A stretch of 64,000 nucleotides of DNA, taken from the NCBI GenBank assembly GCA_963727485.1, contig CAVSGM010000002.1, positions 448,001 through 512,000 of the forward strand, read 5' to 3'. The notes below the pieces were generated by a model. That model was given only the letters and a program-made list of their open reading frames with translations. It was not told the DNA's origin and made no database searches. Within the stretch, counting starts at the first letter, position 1; every line of letters begins with the position of its first letter. Positions 21,193 through 33,841 of this stretch are shown one piece after another. The position numbers and the translations under genes are program-made. The DNA comes from an uncultured delta proteobacterium. GTDB taxonomy: Bacteria > Myxococcota > Myxococcia > SLRQ01.

Positions 21193-21965
21193 CGACGCCG
21201 TCCGAAAGGGGCGCCGCCCTCGCGACCCCCGTCGCCCGCCTCGGCGCCGGCTTCCTCCTCGCCGGCCGGGCGCTCGCCGGCCTGCGCGCCCGCGCCTGGC
21301 CCCGGGGCGAGGTCCTCCGCCAGGCCCACGAGGCCGGGAACCGCTCCATCCTCCTGGTGGCCACCACCCTGGCCTTCGTGGGCATGGTCCTCACCTGGCT
21401 CGCCGGCACCCAGGCCCGCCGCATCGTCGGCGACCTCTCCATCCTCGGGCCCGCGTTCCTCCAGCTGGTCATCCGGGAGTTCGGCCCCATCATCGTGGCC
21501 CTCATGGTCGCGGCCCGGGTGGGCGCGGGCATCGCCGCCGAGGTGGCCACCATGGTCGTCACCGAGCAGGTCGACGCCCTGCGGATGAACGCCGCCGACC
21601 CCATCCGCTGGATCGTCTCCCCGAGGGTGCTGGCGGTGGCCGTCGCCAATCTGGCCCTCACCGTCGTGGGCAGCGCCGTGGCCATCGCCGCCGGGACCTT
21701 CACCGCCTGGAAGAGCTTCGCCCTGGCGCCCCAGGTCTTCCTCGACTTCTCCCTGGTGCACCCGGGCGACGTGGTCACCGCGCTCATCAAGGCGGTGGCC
21801 TTCGGGATCTGCGTCCCGGTGGTCGCCGCCGCCGCGGGCCTCGAGGCCCGGGGCGGTTCCGAGGGCGTGGGCCGGGCGACGACGCGGGCGGTGGTCCTGG
21901 CGTCCATCGGGGTCATCGTCCTCGACGCCGTCATCGGCGGGCTGGCCTTCGGGGTGGGGCTGTGA
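21189..21965 (+). CDS. mlaE: MlaE family ABC permease (second copy)
   Basis: REFGPIIVALMVAARVGAGIAAEVATMVVTEQVDALRM, VGRATTRAVV. Confidence 0.9.
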   Translation: MTTPSERGAALATPVARLGAGFLLAGRALAGLRARAWPRGEVLRQAHEAGNRSILLVATTLAFVGMVLTWLAGTQARRIVGDLSILGPAFLQLVIREFGPIIVALMVAARVGAGIAAEVATMVVTEQVDALRMNAADPIRWIVSPRVLAVAVANLALTVVGSAVAIAAGTFTAWKSFALAPQVFLDFSLVHPGDVVTALIKAVAFGICVPVVAAAAGLEARGGSEGVGRATTRAVVLASIGVIVLDAVIGGLAFGVGL

Positions 21966-22078
21966 GCCCGGTGGCGGCTGGGGTGCCCTGTTCGCTGTCC
22001 GCGCCGGCCGGCGCGTGGGCGCACCGACCTCCACGACTATGAAACGACGGGTACCGGGAGATCGCCTACACTCCATCA

Positions 22079-24511
22079 ATGGCCAAACGAAGCGTCTTCC
22101 TCGTAGGTGGCTTGGTCGGTCTCGCGCTTGGTGTCGGCGGCTGCGTCCGCGGCGCCAGCAAGGGCAGCCCTGGGCCGACGGGCGGCGGAGGCACGACGGT
22201 CGCACCGTGCGCCGCCACCGACCTCTACGTCGCGCCCGATGGCGACGACGCGAACCCCGGCACCGAGGCCAGGCCGCTGAAGACGCTGGAGGCGGCGCGC
22301 GACGCCATCAGGACCCTGAAGGCGGGGCCGGGGCTCCCCGCGGGCGGCATCGAGGTGTGCCTGCGGGGCGGTCTGTACCTGCGCGACAAGACCTTCGAGC
22401 TGACCGACCAGGACTCGGGCACACCGGACCAGCCGATCGTGTGGCGTGCCTACCAGGGCGAGACGCCGCGCCTCGCCGGTGCGATCCAGCTCGATGCCAA
22501 GGACTTCGCCAAGGTGGACGCGAGCGCGGCGGTCTATCCCCGCCTGGACCCGGCGGCGCGGGGCCACGTGCTGGCGCTCGATCTCACGAAGTACACGACC
22601 GATTACGGCACGCTCGACACGCGCCGCGCCGACAAGGGCGGCAAGAACTCCGCGGCCGAGCTTGCCTTCAACGACACCATGATGCAGCTCGCCCGCTACC
22701 CCGACTACGTGAAACCGAGCGACGTGCCGCTGTATCCAACGGTCATCCACGTCAGCGGCAGCGGCCTGAAGCCCGACGTGAGCGGTACCTATGCCGAGGC
22801 CGGCACCTACAACGGCAAGCCGTACTACAAGCTCGCCGAACCAGAACTGGTTCATCTACTTCCGCGCCCAGAATGCCATCTACTACCTCGCGGACCTGAA
22901 GGCGCTCGGCGGGGCCGGCACCTATGCCTGGTGGAGCCGCGGCGGCACCTACCCGACGGGGACGTACCATCCCGACTCCGGCCACCCGAGCGGAGAGCCG
23001 TACGCCGAGTCCACCGACGACATCGGCTTCTCGCGCATCGCGTCGACTTCGGACGGCACGCACTTCACGTACACGGGCACCCGGCCCGAGCGCTGGGGCG
23101 CGGCCAAGGACATCTACATGATGGGCTACTGGGGCCACCTCTGGGACGCGCGGCATGTCGCGGTGACGAAGATCGACACGGTGAACAAGGTCGTCACCGT
23201 CACCAGCAACCCCTACGGCATCGTGGCCCACGAGCCGTACTTCGCCTACAACCTGCTGGAGGAGATCACCGTGCCCGGCGAGTACTACATCGACCGTGCC
23301 ACGGGCACGCTGTACTTCTGGCCGCCGGGGGACAACCCGCACGGCGAGCTCATGCTCACCATGCTTCAGGACGACCTCGTGCACCTGATCGGCGTCAAGA
23401 ACGTCACGCTGCGCGGCCTGCACTTCGAGCTGGGGCGCGGCGATCTGGTGCGCATCGAAGGCGGCTCGGACGATGTCGTGGAAGACTGTGACCTCGGCGA
23501 CACCGGCGGCGCGGGCGCCAGAGTCAGCGGCGTGCGCAACGGGCTCTCGCACTGCACGGTTCACGACACCGGTGGCACGGGCGTGCTTCCTCTCGGGCGG
23601 GGATCGCAAGAGCCTGACGGCCGGCAACGACTTCGTGAAGAACTGCGACCTCTCGCGCTTCGGCCGCATCTTCTGGACGTACCAATCGGCCGTGAACCTC
23701 ACCGACCCGTCCAGGTGGGATCACGTCGCGAGTGCGGGGAACGTCGTCGCCCACGACCACATCCACGACGCGCCGCATGCGGGCATCCTGTTCTCCGGCA
23801 ACGACCACCACATCGAGTACAACGTGATCGATCACGTGTGCGAGTGGTCGTCGGATGCGGGCGCCATCTACGGCGGACGCGACTGGGGCTATCGCGGCAA
23901 CGAGATCCGCTACAACTTCATCCACGACATCCGGAGCCCGCTGGGGCCCGCGACGCACGGCATCTATCTCGACGACTGCGTCAGTGGTGAGCACGTGTTC
24001 GGCAACGTGCTCTACAAGGCTTCACCCACCTCTGGGATCATGCACGGCGGCGGGCGCGACGACATCATCGAGAACAACATCATCGTGAAATGCGGCCAGG
24101 CGCTGCACACCGACACGCGCGGGACCTCGCGGATCACGCACGACGGCAGCAGCTGGGACCAACTGCATCGCATCGAGGACATGAGCTACACGCAGGACCC
24201 CTGGAAGACCGCGTACCCGGCGCTGGCTGCGATTCCCGACGACTGGTCCGATTCTCGCCGGTTCGCACTGGCTCGAGCCGGAGGGCAGCGTCTTCTCACG
24301 CAACCTCGGGTGGCAGGATGGGCAGTGGACGGTCGAGGCCAGCGGTCACCCGCTCTCGTACTTCGCGGAAATCAAGGACAACGTGGAGAACCAGGATCCC
24401 CAGTTCGTCGACGAGGCAAGCCTCGATCTGGCTCTGAAGCCCACGTCGCCGGCCTTCTCCATCCCGGGCTTCCAGCCGATCCCGTTCAGCGAGATCGGCA
24501 TCCAGAAGTAG
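22079..24511 (+). CDS. Right-handed parallel beta-helix lipoprotein (GH141/pectin-lyase-like), rebuilt over frameshifts near 22830, 23585 and 24255
   Basis: Lipobox VGGC, YVAPDGDDANPGT..P..TL, LRGG.Y, WRAYQGE.P, LARYP, PGEYYID, DAGAIY, GIYLDD. Ends PGFQPIPFSEIGIQK-TAG. Confidence 0.75.
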
Positions 24512-24514
24512 CCC

Positions 24515-26365
24515 TTGGCCCCAGCGGATTCCCCACCGCGGTGGATTTCACTTCGCCCCCCCGCGCGGCGGGGCTATGGAGGACACTCCCGCGTACCCTT
24601 CCCCGAGGACACCGACCTTGAACCGGAATCCCGTCACCCCATCCCTAAGGCCGGCCCCCGTGAACGCCCGCACCGCCACTCGCCGCTCCTCGCCATCGTG
24701 GCCGGCCTCGCCGCCCTCGCCGCCGGGTGCAGCCCCACCGCGGGCACCCACCCCGACGGCGGCGCCTCCGACGCCGGCGCAACCGGCACCACCACCGGCA
24801 CCCTCTCGGGCACCGCCTTCGCCGACCTCTGCCACGGCCTCGCCGGCGCCACCGTCTCGGTGGTGGGCACCAGCGTCACCACCACCGCCGACGACGCCGG
24901 CGCCTTCACCCTCCCGGACGTGACCCTCCCGGCGACCCTCGAGGTCTCGGCGCCGGGGATGACCCCCACCCGGACCGCCGAGCTCGACGCCACCACCGGC
25001 ATCGAGGCCTACGCCATCCCCACCGACGTGGTCTCCCAGGTGTACCTCCTCGCCGGCGAGACCGCCGCCCCGAGCCGGGGGGTCGTCGAGGTGACCTTCG
25101 TCAACGACCACCAGCTCCCCGTGGCCGGGGCCACCGTGCGCCTGGTCGACGAGAGCGGCAAGGACCTCGGGCCCCCGAGCTACTTCACCACCACCACCAC
25201 CGCCAGCGGCGAGGTCCTCCCCGGCTTCGACCCCTCGGCGACGGCCACCGCCCCGGTCATGGGCTCGGCAATCTTCTTCGGCGTGCGGCCCGGGCGCTAC
25301 ACCGCGCGGGTTGCGCGCACCGGCTACCAGGTCGAGGACCAGACGGTGGACGTGGCCGCGGGCTCCCTCTCGGTGCTCCGCTTCGTGGGCACCGGCACCG
25401 ACGGCACGGCCCCGGCCAAGGTCTACGGCACCGTCACCGAGGGACCGGCCCTGCCCAAGTACGGCCCGCCCGTCCCCACCGCGGGCGTCCAGGTCACCCT
25501 CCACCTCGCCGGGGGCGACCAGACCGCCACCACCGCCGCCGACGGCAGCTTCTCCTTCGACCTCCCCGACGCCCGGCAGGAGGCGGACCTCACCTTCGCC
25601 GCCAGCGGCGTCCTCACCCAGCGCTCGCCCCTCTTCTGCGCCGGGTCGACCTTCTTCTACTCCGAGGTGCTCAACGACACCTTCTGGTCCCAGGAGTCCC
25701 TCTCGCCGGCGACCCTCGGCGGCCACCTCGACCTCACCAAGGGCCAGGTGGCGCTCTCGGTCCTCGACTCCGTCAACGGCACCACCTTCTCCAAGGGGGT
25801 GCACGTCACGGCGGCCCCGGCGGTCGCCCCGTTCTACGGCCCCGGGACCCCGCCGACCCCCGCCGACCCCTGCGCCGTGGGGAGCTGCCAGTCCCAGTCC
25901 GACTGCGCCACCGACACCTGGTGCGCCCCCGACAACCAGTGCCGGGTGGGCGCCTCGCCGGTGTGCGAGCTGTGCCAGTCCGCCGGGAGCGCGTGCCCCG
26001 CCGGGACCCTGTCCACCAGCTTCCAGGTGGCGAACGGGACCGGCACCACCGTGGGGCCCTGCGTCTGCCTCCAGACCGTCCCCGACTGCACCAGCACCGA
26101 CTGCCCCGCCCACACCGCCTGCCAGCACGACCTGATGCGGGTCCAGGGCGCCACCCCGGGCAGCGGCACCGTGACCGTCCAGGGCGCCATCTGCGCCCCC
26201 GACTACAGCCCCGCCACCGGCACCATCGACGCCCCGGTGGTGTTCCCCAACCTCGCCCCCGGCACCTACACCTTCACCGCCGACGACGGCCGGCCGCCGG
26301 TCCGGGCCCGGGTCGAGGCGGGGGTCGAGGTCGGCGGCGACTGGCGGCCGTCGGCGCTCTTCTAA
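24515..26365 (+). CDS. Lipoprotein with carboxypeptidase-regulatory-like beta-sandwich repeats and a Cys-rich insert; true start probably near 24620-24660
   Basis: LAALAAGC lipobox, GATVSVVGT...TADDAGAFTL, PGRYTARV, and a Cys-rich block near the C-terminus. Confidence 0.65.
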   Translation: MAPADSPPRWISLRPPARRGYGGHSRVPFPEDTDLEPESRHPIPKAGPRERPHRHSPLLAIVAGLAALAAGCSPTAGTHPDGGASDAGATGTTTGTLSGTAFADLCHGLAGATVSVVGTSVTTTADDAGAFTLPDVTLPATLEVSAPGMTPTRTAELDATTGIEAYAIPTDVVSQVYLLAGETAAPSRGVVEVTFVNDHQLPVAGATVRLVDESGKDLGPPSYFTTTTTASGEVLPGFDPSATATAPVMGSAIFFGVRPGRYTARVARTGYQVEDQTVDVAAGSLSVLRFVGTGTDGTAPAKVYGTVTEGPALPKYGPPVPTAGVQVTLHLAGGDQTATTAADGSFSFDLPDARQEADLTFAASGVLTQRSPLFCAGSTFFYSEVLNDTFWSQESLSPATLGGHLDLTKGQVALSVLDSVNGTTFSKGVHVTAAPAVAPFYGPGTPPTPADPCAVGSCQSQSDCATDTWCAPDNQCRVGASPVCELCQSAGSACPAGTLSTSFQVANGTGTTVGPCVCLQTVPDCTSTDCPAHTACQHDLMRVQGATPGSGTVTVQGAICAPDYSPATGTIDAPVVFPNLAPGTYTFTADDGRPPVRARVEAGVEVGGDWRPSALF

Positions 26366-26397
26366 GCCCGGGCCCCCCGGCCTGGGGCGAACCGCCC

Positions 26398-27144
26398 GTG
26401 ACCATCGAGATCAAGCACCTGACCAAGGCCTTCGGCGCCAAGGTCGTCCTCCGGGACGTGAGCCTCACCGTGGACCCCGGCGAGGTCCTGTTCATCATCG
26501 GCACCTCGGGCACCGGCAAGAGCGTGCTCATGCGCCACGTGGTGGGCCTGCTCAAGCCCGACGCCGGGGAGGTGTGGCTCGACGGCCTCCGGGTCGACGA
26601 CCGCACCGAGAAGCAGCTCTACGAGGTCCGCCGGCGGTGCGGCTTCGTGTTCCAGCACCCCACCCTCCTCGACTTCCTCACCCTCGAGGAGAACGTGGCC
26701 CTGCCGCTCATCAAGCGCCGGGGCCTGTCCCGCGCCGAGGCCCTCGACCGGGCCCGGGACTGGCTCGCCCGGGTGGGCATCGAGGCCGAGGCAGGCCGCC
26801 GGCCCGGGACCCTCGGCGCCGGGCTCCAGAAGCGCGCCGCCATCGCCCGGGCCCTCGCCCTCGAGCCGGCCTACCTGGTCTACGACGAGCCCACCACCGG
26901 CCTCGATCCCGTGAGCGCCCGGCAGGTGGACCGGGTCATCCGGGGCCTCGCCGACGACACCGGGGTCACCTCCGTCGTGGTCTCCCACGACCTGGCGAGC
27001 ATCTTCGGGATCGCCAATCGCATCGCCTTCCTCTACCAGGGCCGGATCCACGCAGAGGGCGCGCCCGCGCACTTCCGGGAGAGCCCCGACCCGGTGGTCC
27101 GCCAGTTCGTCGACGGCCAGGCGGACGGCCCGATGCGGATTTGA
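26398..27144 (+). CDS. mlaF: Second MlaF-type ABC ATPase
   Basis: GTG start, IEIKHLTKAFG, GTSGTGKS, YDEPTTGLDP, VVSHD, DPVVRQF. Confidence 0.85.
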   Translation: MTIEIKHLTKAFGAKVVLRDVSLTVDPGEVLFIIGTSGTGKSVLMRHVVGLLKPDAGEVWLDGLRVDDRTEKQLYEVRRRCGFVFQHPTLLDFLTLEENVALPLIKRRGLSRAEALDRARDWLARVGIEAEAGRRPGTLGAGLQKRAAIARALALEPAYLVYDEPTTGLDPVSARQVDRVIRGLADDTGVTSVVVSHDLASIFGIANRIAFLYQGRIHAEGAPAHFRESPDPVVRQFVDGQADGPMRI

Positions 27145-27253
27145 TTCCAGGCGGTTACGCCGCCTGGTGGGGCACCCGGGCCCCGCGGCCCCCAAGTCAA
27201 CACCGTGAATCGGGGATGGCGCGCACGCACATCATGCACTACCCCTGAGCACC

Positions 27254-28699
<1,446 letters not shown>

Positions 28700-28729
28700 C
28701 CACGGCCCCCAGGCGTTGTTCCCACGACG

Positions 28730-29173
28730 ATGGATGGCCCGCCGCTTAGCCCCCTGGTGTCCACCCCGGTGATCCCGACCGCCGGCCCCCGGCTGGTCCG
28801 GGACTACATGAGCCGCCACCCGGTCTTCGTGGCCCACGACGAGACCGTCCTCCGGGCCCACCGGGTGATGCGCGAGCACTCGGTGCGACACCTCCCCGTG
28901 CTCCAGGAGGGCGAGCTGGTGGGGCTGCTCACCGAGAGCGACGTCCACCTGGTGGAGTCGCTGCGTTCGGCCGATCCCGCCGAGGAGACGGTGGAGTCGG
29001 CGATGCAGCCCGACCCCTTCGTCGTCGACGCCACCGAGCCCCTGGGCCTGGTGGTCGAGGGCATGATCCGCGGGGGCCACCACGCGGCGGTGGTCCTCGA
29101 GGGGGTCCACGTGGTCGGCGTGTTCACCCACACCGACGCCCTCAAGGCCTTCCTCGACGTCCTCGGGGCGTAG
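28730..29173 (+). CDS. CBS-pair protein
   Basis: VRDYMSRHP, VRHLPVL..GELVGLLTESD, VGVFTHTD. Confidence 0.85.
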   Translation: MDGPPLSPLVSTPVIPTAGPRLVRDYMSRHPVFVAHDETVLRAHRVMREHSVRHLPVLQEGELVGLLTESDVHLVESLRSADPAEETVESAMQPDPFVVDATEPLGLVVEGMIRGGHHAAVVLEGVHVVGVFTHTDALKAFLDVLGA

Positions 29174-29236
29174 GGGCCCGGGGGCCCGGGCGCACCTCTT
29201 CGGGCAATCCCCCGGGAACCGTGGTATGGCTCTCCC

Positions 29237-30263
29237 GTGTCCGAGCGCGCCCTCGAGATCAAGGTCGGCGCCTTCGTCCTCGTGGCGCTGGGCCTCCTCG
29301 TCGCCCTGGGCCTGGTCCTGGGGAACGTCTCCCTGGGCTCGGGCTACACCGTCCACGTCCAGTACGGCTACTCCGGGGCCATCCACGAGGGCGCCCCGGT
29401 GAAGGTCTCCGGGGTCACCGTGGGCCGGGTGAGCCAGGTCGAGTTCCTCGGCGGCGGCGTCCGGGACGCCCAAGGGCAGCCGCTCCTCGTCCGCCTCACC
29501 CTCACCCTCCAGCCCCGGGCGAAGCCGGTGGTGCGCACCGGGACCCGCTTCGTCATCGGCACCCAGGGGGTCCTGGGCGAGCCCTACCTCGAGCTGGTCC
29601 CCGGCGACCTCCACGGCGCCGAGCTGAAGGACGGGGCCACGGTCCGCGGCGTCGACGCCCCGCGCACCGACCTGCTGATGTCGCGCCTCTACAGCTTCCT
29701 CGACGACCTCGGGGAGGTGATGGGCGACAACAAGGACGTCCTCCGGGACCTCCTGCGCTCCGGGTCCGGCCTGGCGAAGAACCTGGACACGGTGCTCCGG
29801 GACAACCGCACCCAGATCCACCAGGGCCTGGTGAACGTCCTCGCCGCCACCGCCGACCTCAAGCGCCTCTCCGCCGACGCGGCGACCCAGCTCGGGCGCG
29901 GGGGCGACCTCCACGGCCTCATCGCCGACGCCCGGGTCGCCGCCGGGGTCCTGCGCCGGCAGCTCCCCCCGCTCCTCCAGAAGGCCCAGACCATCGGCGA
30001 CGCCCTGGTGAAGCTCTCCAAGGTCTCCGGGGAGCTCACCCCCGAGGACGCCCGGAAGCTCAAGGCGGCGCTGGCCCACTACGAGAAGGTCGGCGAGCGC
30101 CTCGACAAGGTCAGCGCCGACCTCGCGACCCTCGTCGGCCGGGTCGACCGGGGCCAGGGGACGGTGGGCGCGCTCCTCCAGGATGACCAGAATCTACGAG
30201 GACCTCAAGGAGCTGGTCCGGGACCTCAAGGCCCACCCCTGGAAGGTCCTCTGGAAGGAGTGA
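29237..30263 (+). CDS. mlaD: MlaD/MCE family protein (frameshift near 30190)
   Basis: EIKVGAFV + TM, GAPVKVSGVTVGRV, GVLGEPYLEL, helical region and GQGTVGALL.D. Ends DLKAHPWKVLWKE in the shifted frame. Confidence 0.85.
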
Positions 30264-33200
30264 CGGTGCGCCGCGCCCTGGCCCTGACGCTGGCCCTGGT
30301 GCTCGTCGCGGGCCTCGCCCGGCCCGCGGCGGCGGTGGACCCGCGCCTCCACTGGCGCACCCTGGTCACCCCCCACTTCCGCATCCACTTCCCCGACGGG
30401 GGCTACCCGGTGGCGCTGAAGGCCGGGCGCGACCTGGAGGCGGCCTACGCCAAGCTCACCGCGCTCCTCGGCCACCACCCCTGGCGGCCGGTGGAGGTGG
30501 TCCTCTCCGACGACGTGGACACCGCCAACGGCTCGGCGACCACCATCCCCTTCCCCCAGATCCACGGCTACATGCACCCGCCGGGGTCCGAGAGCATCCT
30601 CGACGACTACGACGACTGGGAGTGGCTGCTCCTGGTCCACGAGCTCACCCACGTGATGCACCTGGGGACCGTCGGCGGCATCCCGGCCCTGGGGAACACG
30701 GTCTTCGGCCACCTCTTCGGGCCCAACTTCCTCCAGCCCGACTGGATCATCGAGGGGCTGGCCGTCTACTACGAGTCCCTGCTCTCCGCCGGGGGGCGCA
30801 ACCGCTCGAGCCTGGCGTCGATGTACCTGCGGGCCCAGGTGCTGGACCACGGGCGCCTGTGGCCGGTGGACAAGGCCGGCGGCAGCCCGGTGGACTGGCC
30901 CGGCGGCGACGTCTGGTACCTCTACGGGGGGCGCCTGTGGCAGTGGATGGTCGCCCATGCCGGCGACGACGCCCCGGCGCGGCTGAGCCACGACTACGGC
31001 GGACGGCTCTTCCCCTACGCGGTGAACCTCTCGTCGGAGCAGGCGGTGGGGCTGACCTGGCGCCAGGCCTACCGCGCGTGGGCGAAGGAGACGGCCGAGG
31101 CCGACCGGGCCCGCATCGCGGCGGTGAAGGCCGGAGGCGAGCGCCGGGGGCGGCCCCTCACCCACCTGGGGCGCCGGACCGGGGTGCCCCGGTGGCTCCC
31201 GGACGGCTCCGGCCTCCTCCTCTACGCCGACGGCGGCAAGGCCTACCCGGCCCTGCGCCGGCTCGAGCTCCCCCGGAAGACCCCCGCGGGCCTCTCGGCG
31301 CTCCGGCCGGTCCACCGGATCCCCGGCGCCGGGATCTACGACCTCGACCGGGTGGGCCGGGTCCTCGTCTACTCGCGCTCGGACTTCTTCGAGCAGCAGC
31401 AGATCTACGCCGACCTCTGGGCGGTGGGGCTGGGCGGCGGACCGGCGGTGCGCCTCACCCGGGGGATGCGGGCCCGGGACCCGGCGGTCTCCCCGGACGG
31501 CACCCGCCTGGCCTTCGTCGCCGGGCGCCGGGGGGCGACCGCGGTCTACGTGATGGCCGTGGACCTCCGGGACGCCGGGCCGGGTCGGGCGCCGGTGGTG
31601 CGCCTGGGGACCCCGGTGCGCGTCTTCCACCGGACCGACGTCCAGGCCGACCGGCCGGCCTTCTCCCCGGACGGACAGCGCCCTGGCCCTGTCCCTGCAC
31701 CGCCCGGACGGGGGCCGGGACATCGCGCTGGTCGACCTCTCCAAGGTCCCGGTGCCTCCCCCGGACCTCGAGGTGGACGGGCACCGGGCCCTGGCCCTGA
31801 ACGGCGCCCCGGCCCCGCACCGCCCCGAGCGCCCCGACGACCCGGGGCCGGGCCCGGACGGGGTCCGCGGCACCCTGACCTGGGTGACCCGCACCCGGGC
31901 CATGGATCTGGACCCGGCCTTCGACCCCAAGGGCCGGTGGCTCTACTTCACCAGCGACCGCACGGGCATCTACGACGTCTACGCGAAGCCCCTGAAGGCC
32001 GGCCGCCCCGACGGCGCGCTCCTCCAGGTCACCCACACCCCCACCGGCGCCTTCGAGGCCAGGCCCTCCCCGGACGGCACGAAGCTCGCCTACACCGACT
32101 ACTCGAGCCGGGGCTACGACGTGGCCCTGCTCCCGGTGGCCCCGACGACCTGGACCCCGGCGCCCGCCTGGCACGACGACCGGCCGCCCCCACAGCAGCC
32201 CCGCTCCGCCGAGGTGTGGCCGGTGCGCCCCTACGACCCCTGGCACACCCTGCGCCCCTTCCACTGGGAGCCGCTGCTCACCGCCGACCCCGACGGCCTG
32301 GCCCTCGGCGTGTCCACCTCCGGGAGCGACATCGTCGGCTACCACTACTGGAGCGCCGCGGCCTGGTACGGCCTCGCGTCCAAGCGACCGGGCTACTACC
32401 TCTCGTACACCTACGCCGGCGCCTACCCCACCCTGTCCTTGAGCTCGGGGCTCGGCTACCAGACCGGCGGCACCGCCGTGGTCAACGGCGTCAGCTCCCG
32501 GTACACGGAGGTCGCCTGGTCCGGCAGCGCCCAGGCGACCTTCTACCTGCCCCACCTCGACCGCAGCCAGGCGTTGAGCCTGGGCTTCACCGTGGACAAC
32601 CGGAGCCCCGCCGGGACCCTGGCCACCCCCGCCCCTGGCGGCCCGGCGCCCGTCCTCCCCGAGCGGGGCACGGTCACCCGCCTCGACGTGGGCTGGAGCG
32701 GCTCCACGGTCCACCAGTTCGCCGAGTCCCTCGGGCCCCAGGAGGGCCTGCGCGTCGGCCTCCACGCCCGGGTGGCGAGCCGGGCCCTCGGGGGGAGCTT
32801 CGACTTCGTGGAGGTCTTCGCCTCGGCCCAGGCCTACACGCCCCTCCCCGGCCTCGAGGGCCACGTCCTCGCCCTCAACCTCGAGGCCGGCGCCGGCATC
32901 GGCGACTTCGGCGGCCGGCGCTTCTTCGCCGTCGGGGGCCTGTCCATCGACGACCCGATCCTCTCCATCTACCAGGGCACCGGCTTCGGGGGCCCCACCA
33001 TCCGCGGCTTCGCCCCCTACGCCTTCACCGGCGACGGCTACGCGGTGGCGAACCTCGAGTGGCGCTTCCCGCTGGCCGACCCCCAGCGGGGCCTCGGGAC
33101 CCTGCCCATCTTCCTCCGGCGGGTCTACGGCGCGGCCTTCGCCGACGCCGGGACCGCCGGCGACCCGCCCTTCCAGCTCACGCCCGGGGGCGTCCACGTG

Positions 33201-33335
33201 GGCGTGGGCGCCGAGCTGCGGGCGGAGATCTATCTCTCGTATGCGTTGAGCTTCACCCTGCGCCTCGGGTGGGCCCACGGGCTGGGGCCCGGGGGCGTGA
33301 GCCAGCCCTACCTCGGGTTCGGGGGAATCTTCTGA
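30260..33335 (+). CDS. Outer-membrane protein: gluzincin-like peptidase + PD40/TolB-like propeller + Omp85/BamA-type barrel (frameshift near 31680)
   Basis: Signal peptide, HELTH...WIIEGLA, repeated P.(F/V)SPDG motifs, IRGF, GVGAELR, C-terminal F. Confidence 0.75.
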
Positions 33336-33395
33336 GGGGCGAAGGCGCCGCTGGCGTGGTCCTGCTCGGTTCGGCGCCCTCGTCGTTGGCCTGAT

Positions 33396-33834
33396 CTACT
33401 CCGCAGGAGATTCAGACCTTTCTGGCACAGGCGGTGCCTGGACAATGAGCGGCCACTCGACGTCATCCACGTGCCAAGTTTCCTCGCCCGAGACACGCCA
33501 CTCCGCATGCAACAGATACTCACCAAACGCCTTGGGCAGCCGGAAACTAGTGGTGTTCAGGCGGAACCTCGGCTTGTCCACTGTTTCGAAGCCAAACGGT
33601 TCTCCTGCATCTACGGCTCCGTCTGGAGCCACCCGAACGAGCCTCATCTCGAACTTCCGCCCCTAGAGCCTCCGAGGCCAATCGCATGTAAAAGTGCATC
33701 TGAATTGGCAACGGGCGGCCGAGAAGCTCCTCGGGTACGGTAACTGTCTCGACGAGGTTGAACAGCGACGTGTTGTTCGACCGTTGGTCAAGGGCAGAAC
33801 CCGACGCCAGGGCCAGAAGATAGCCGTGAATCAT
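33396..33834 (-). CDS. Uncharacterised beta-rich protein of about 145 aa (possibly DUF6941-like); third gene of the TA islet; frameshift in a G run near 33660
   Basis: GAGGTG-tcc-ATG at 33834 gives MIHGYLLALASGSALDQRSNNTSLFNLVE. Removing one G joins it to RKFEMRLVRVAPDG...FGEYLLHAEW (ORF 33396..33647). Confidence 0.6.
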
Positions 33835-33841
33835 GGACACC

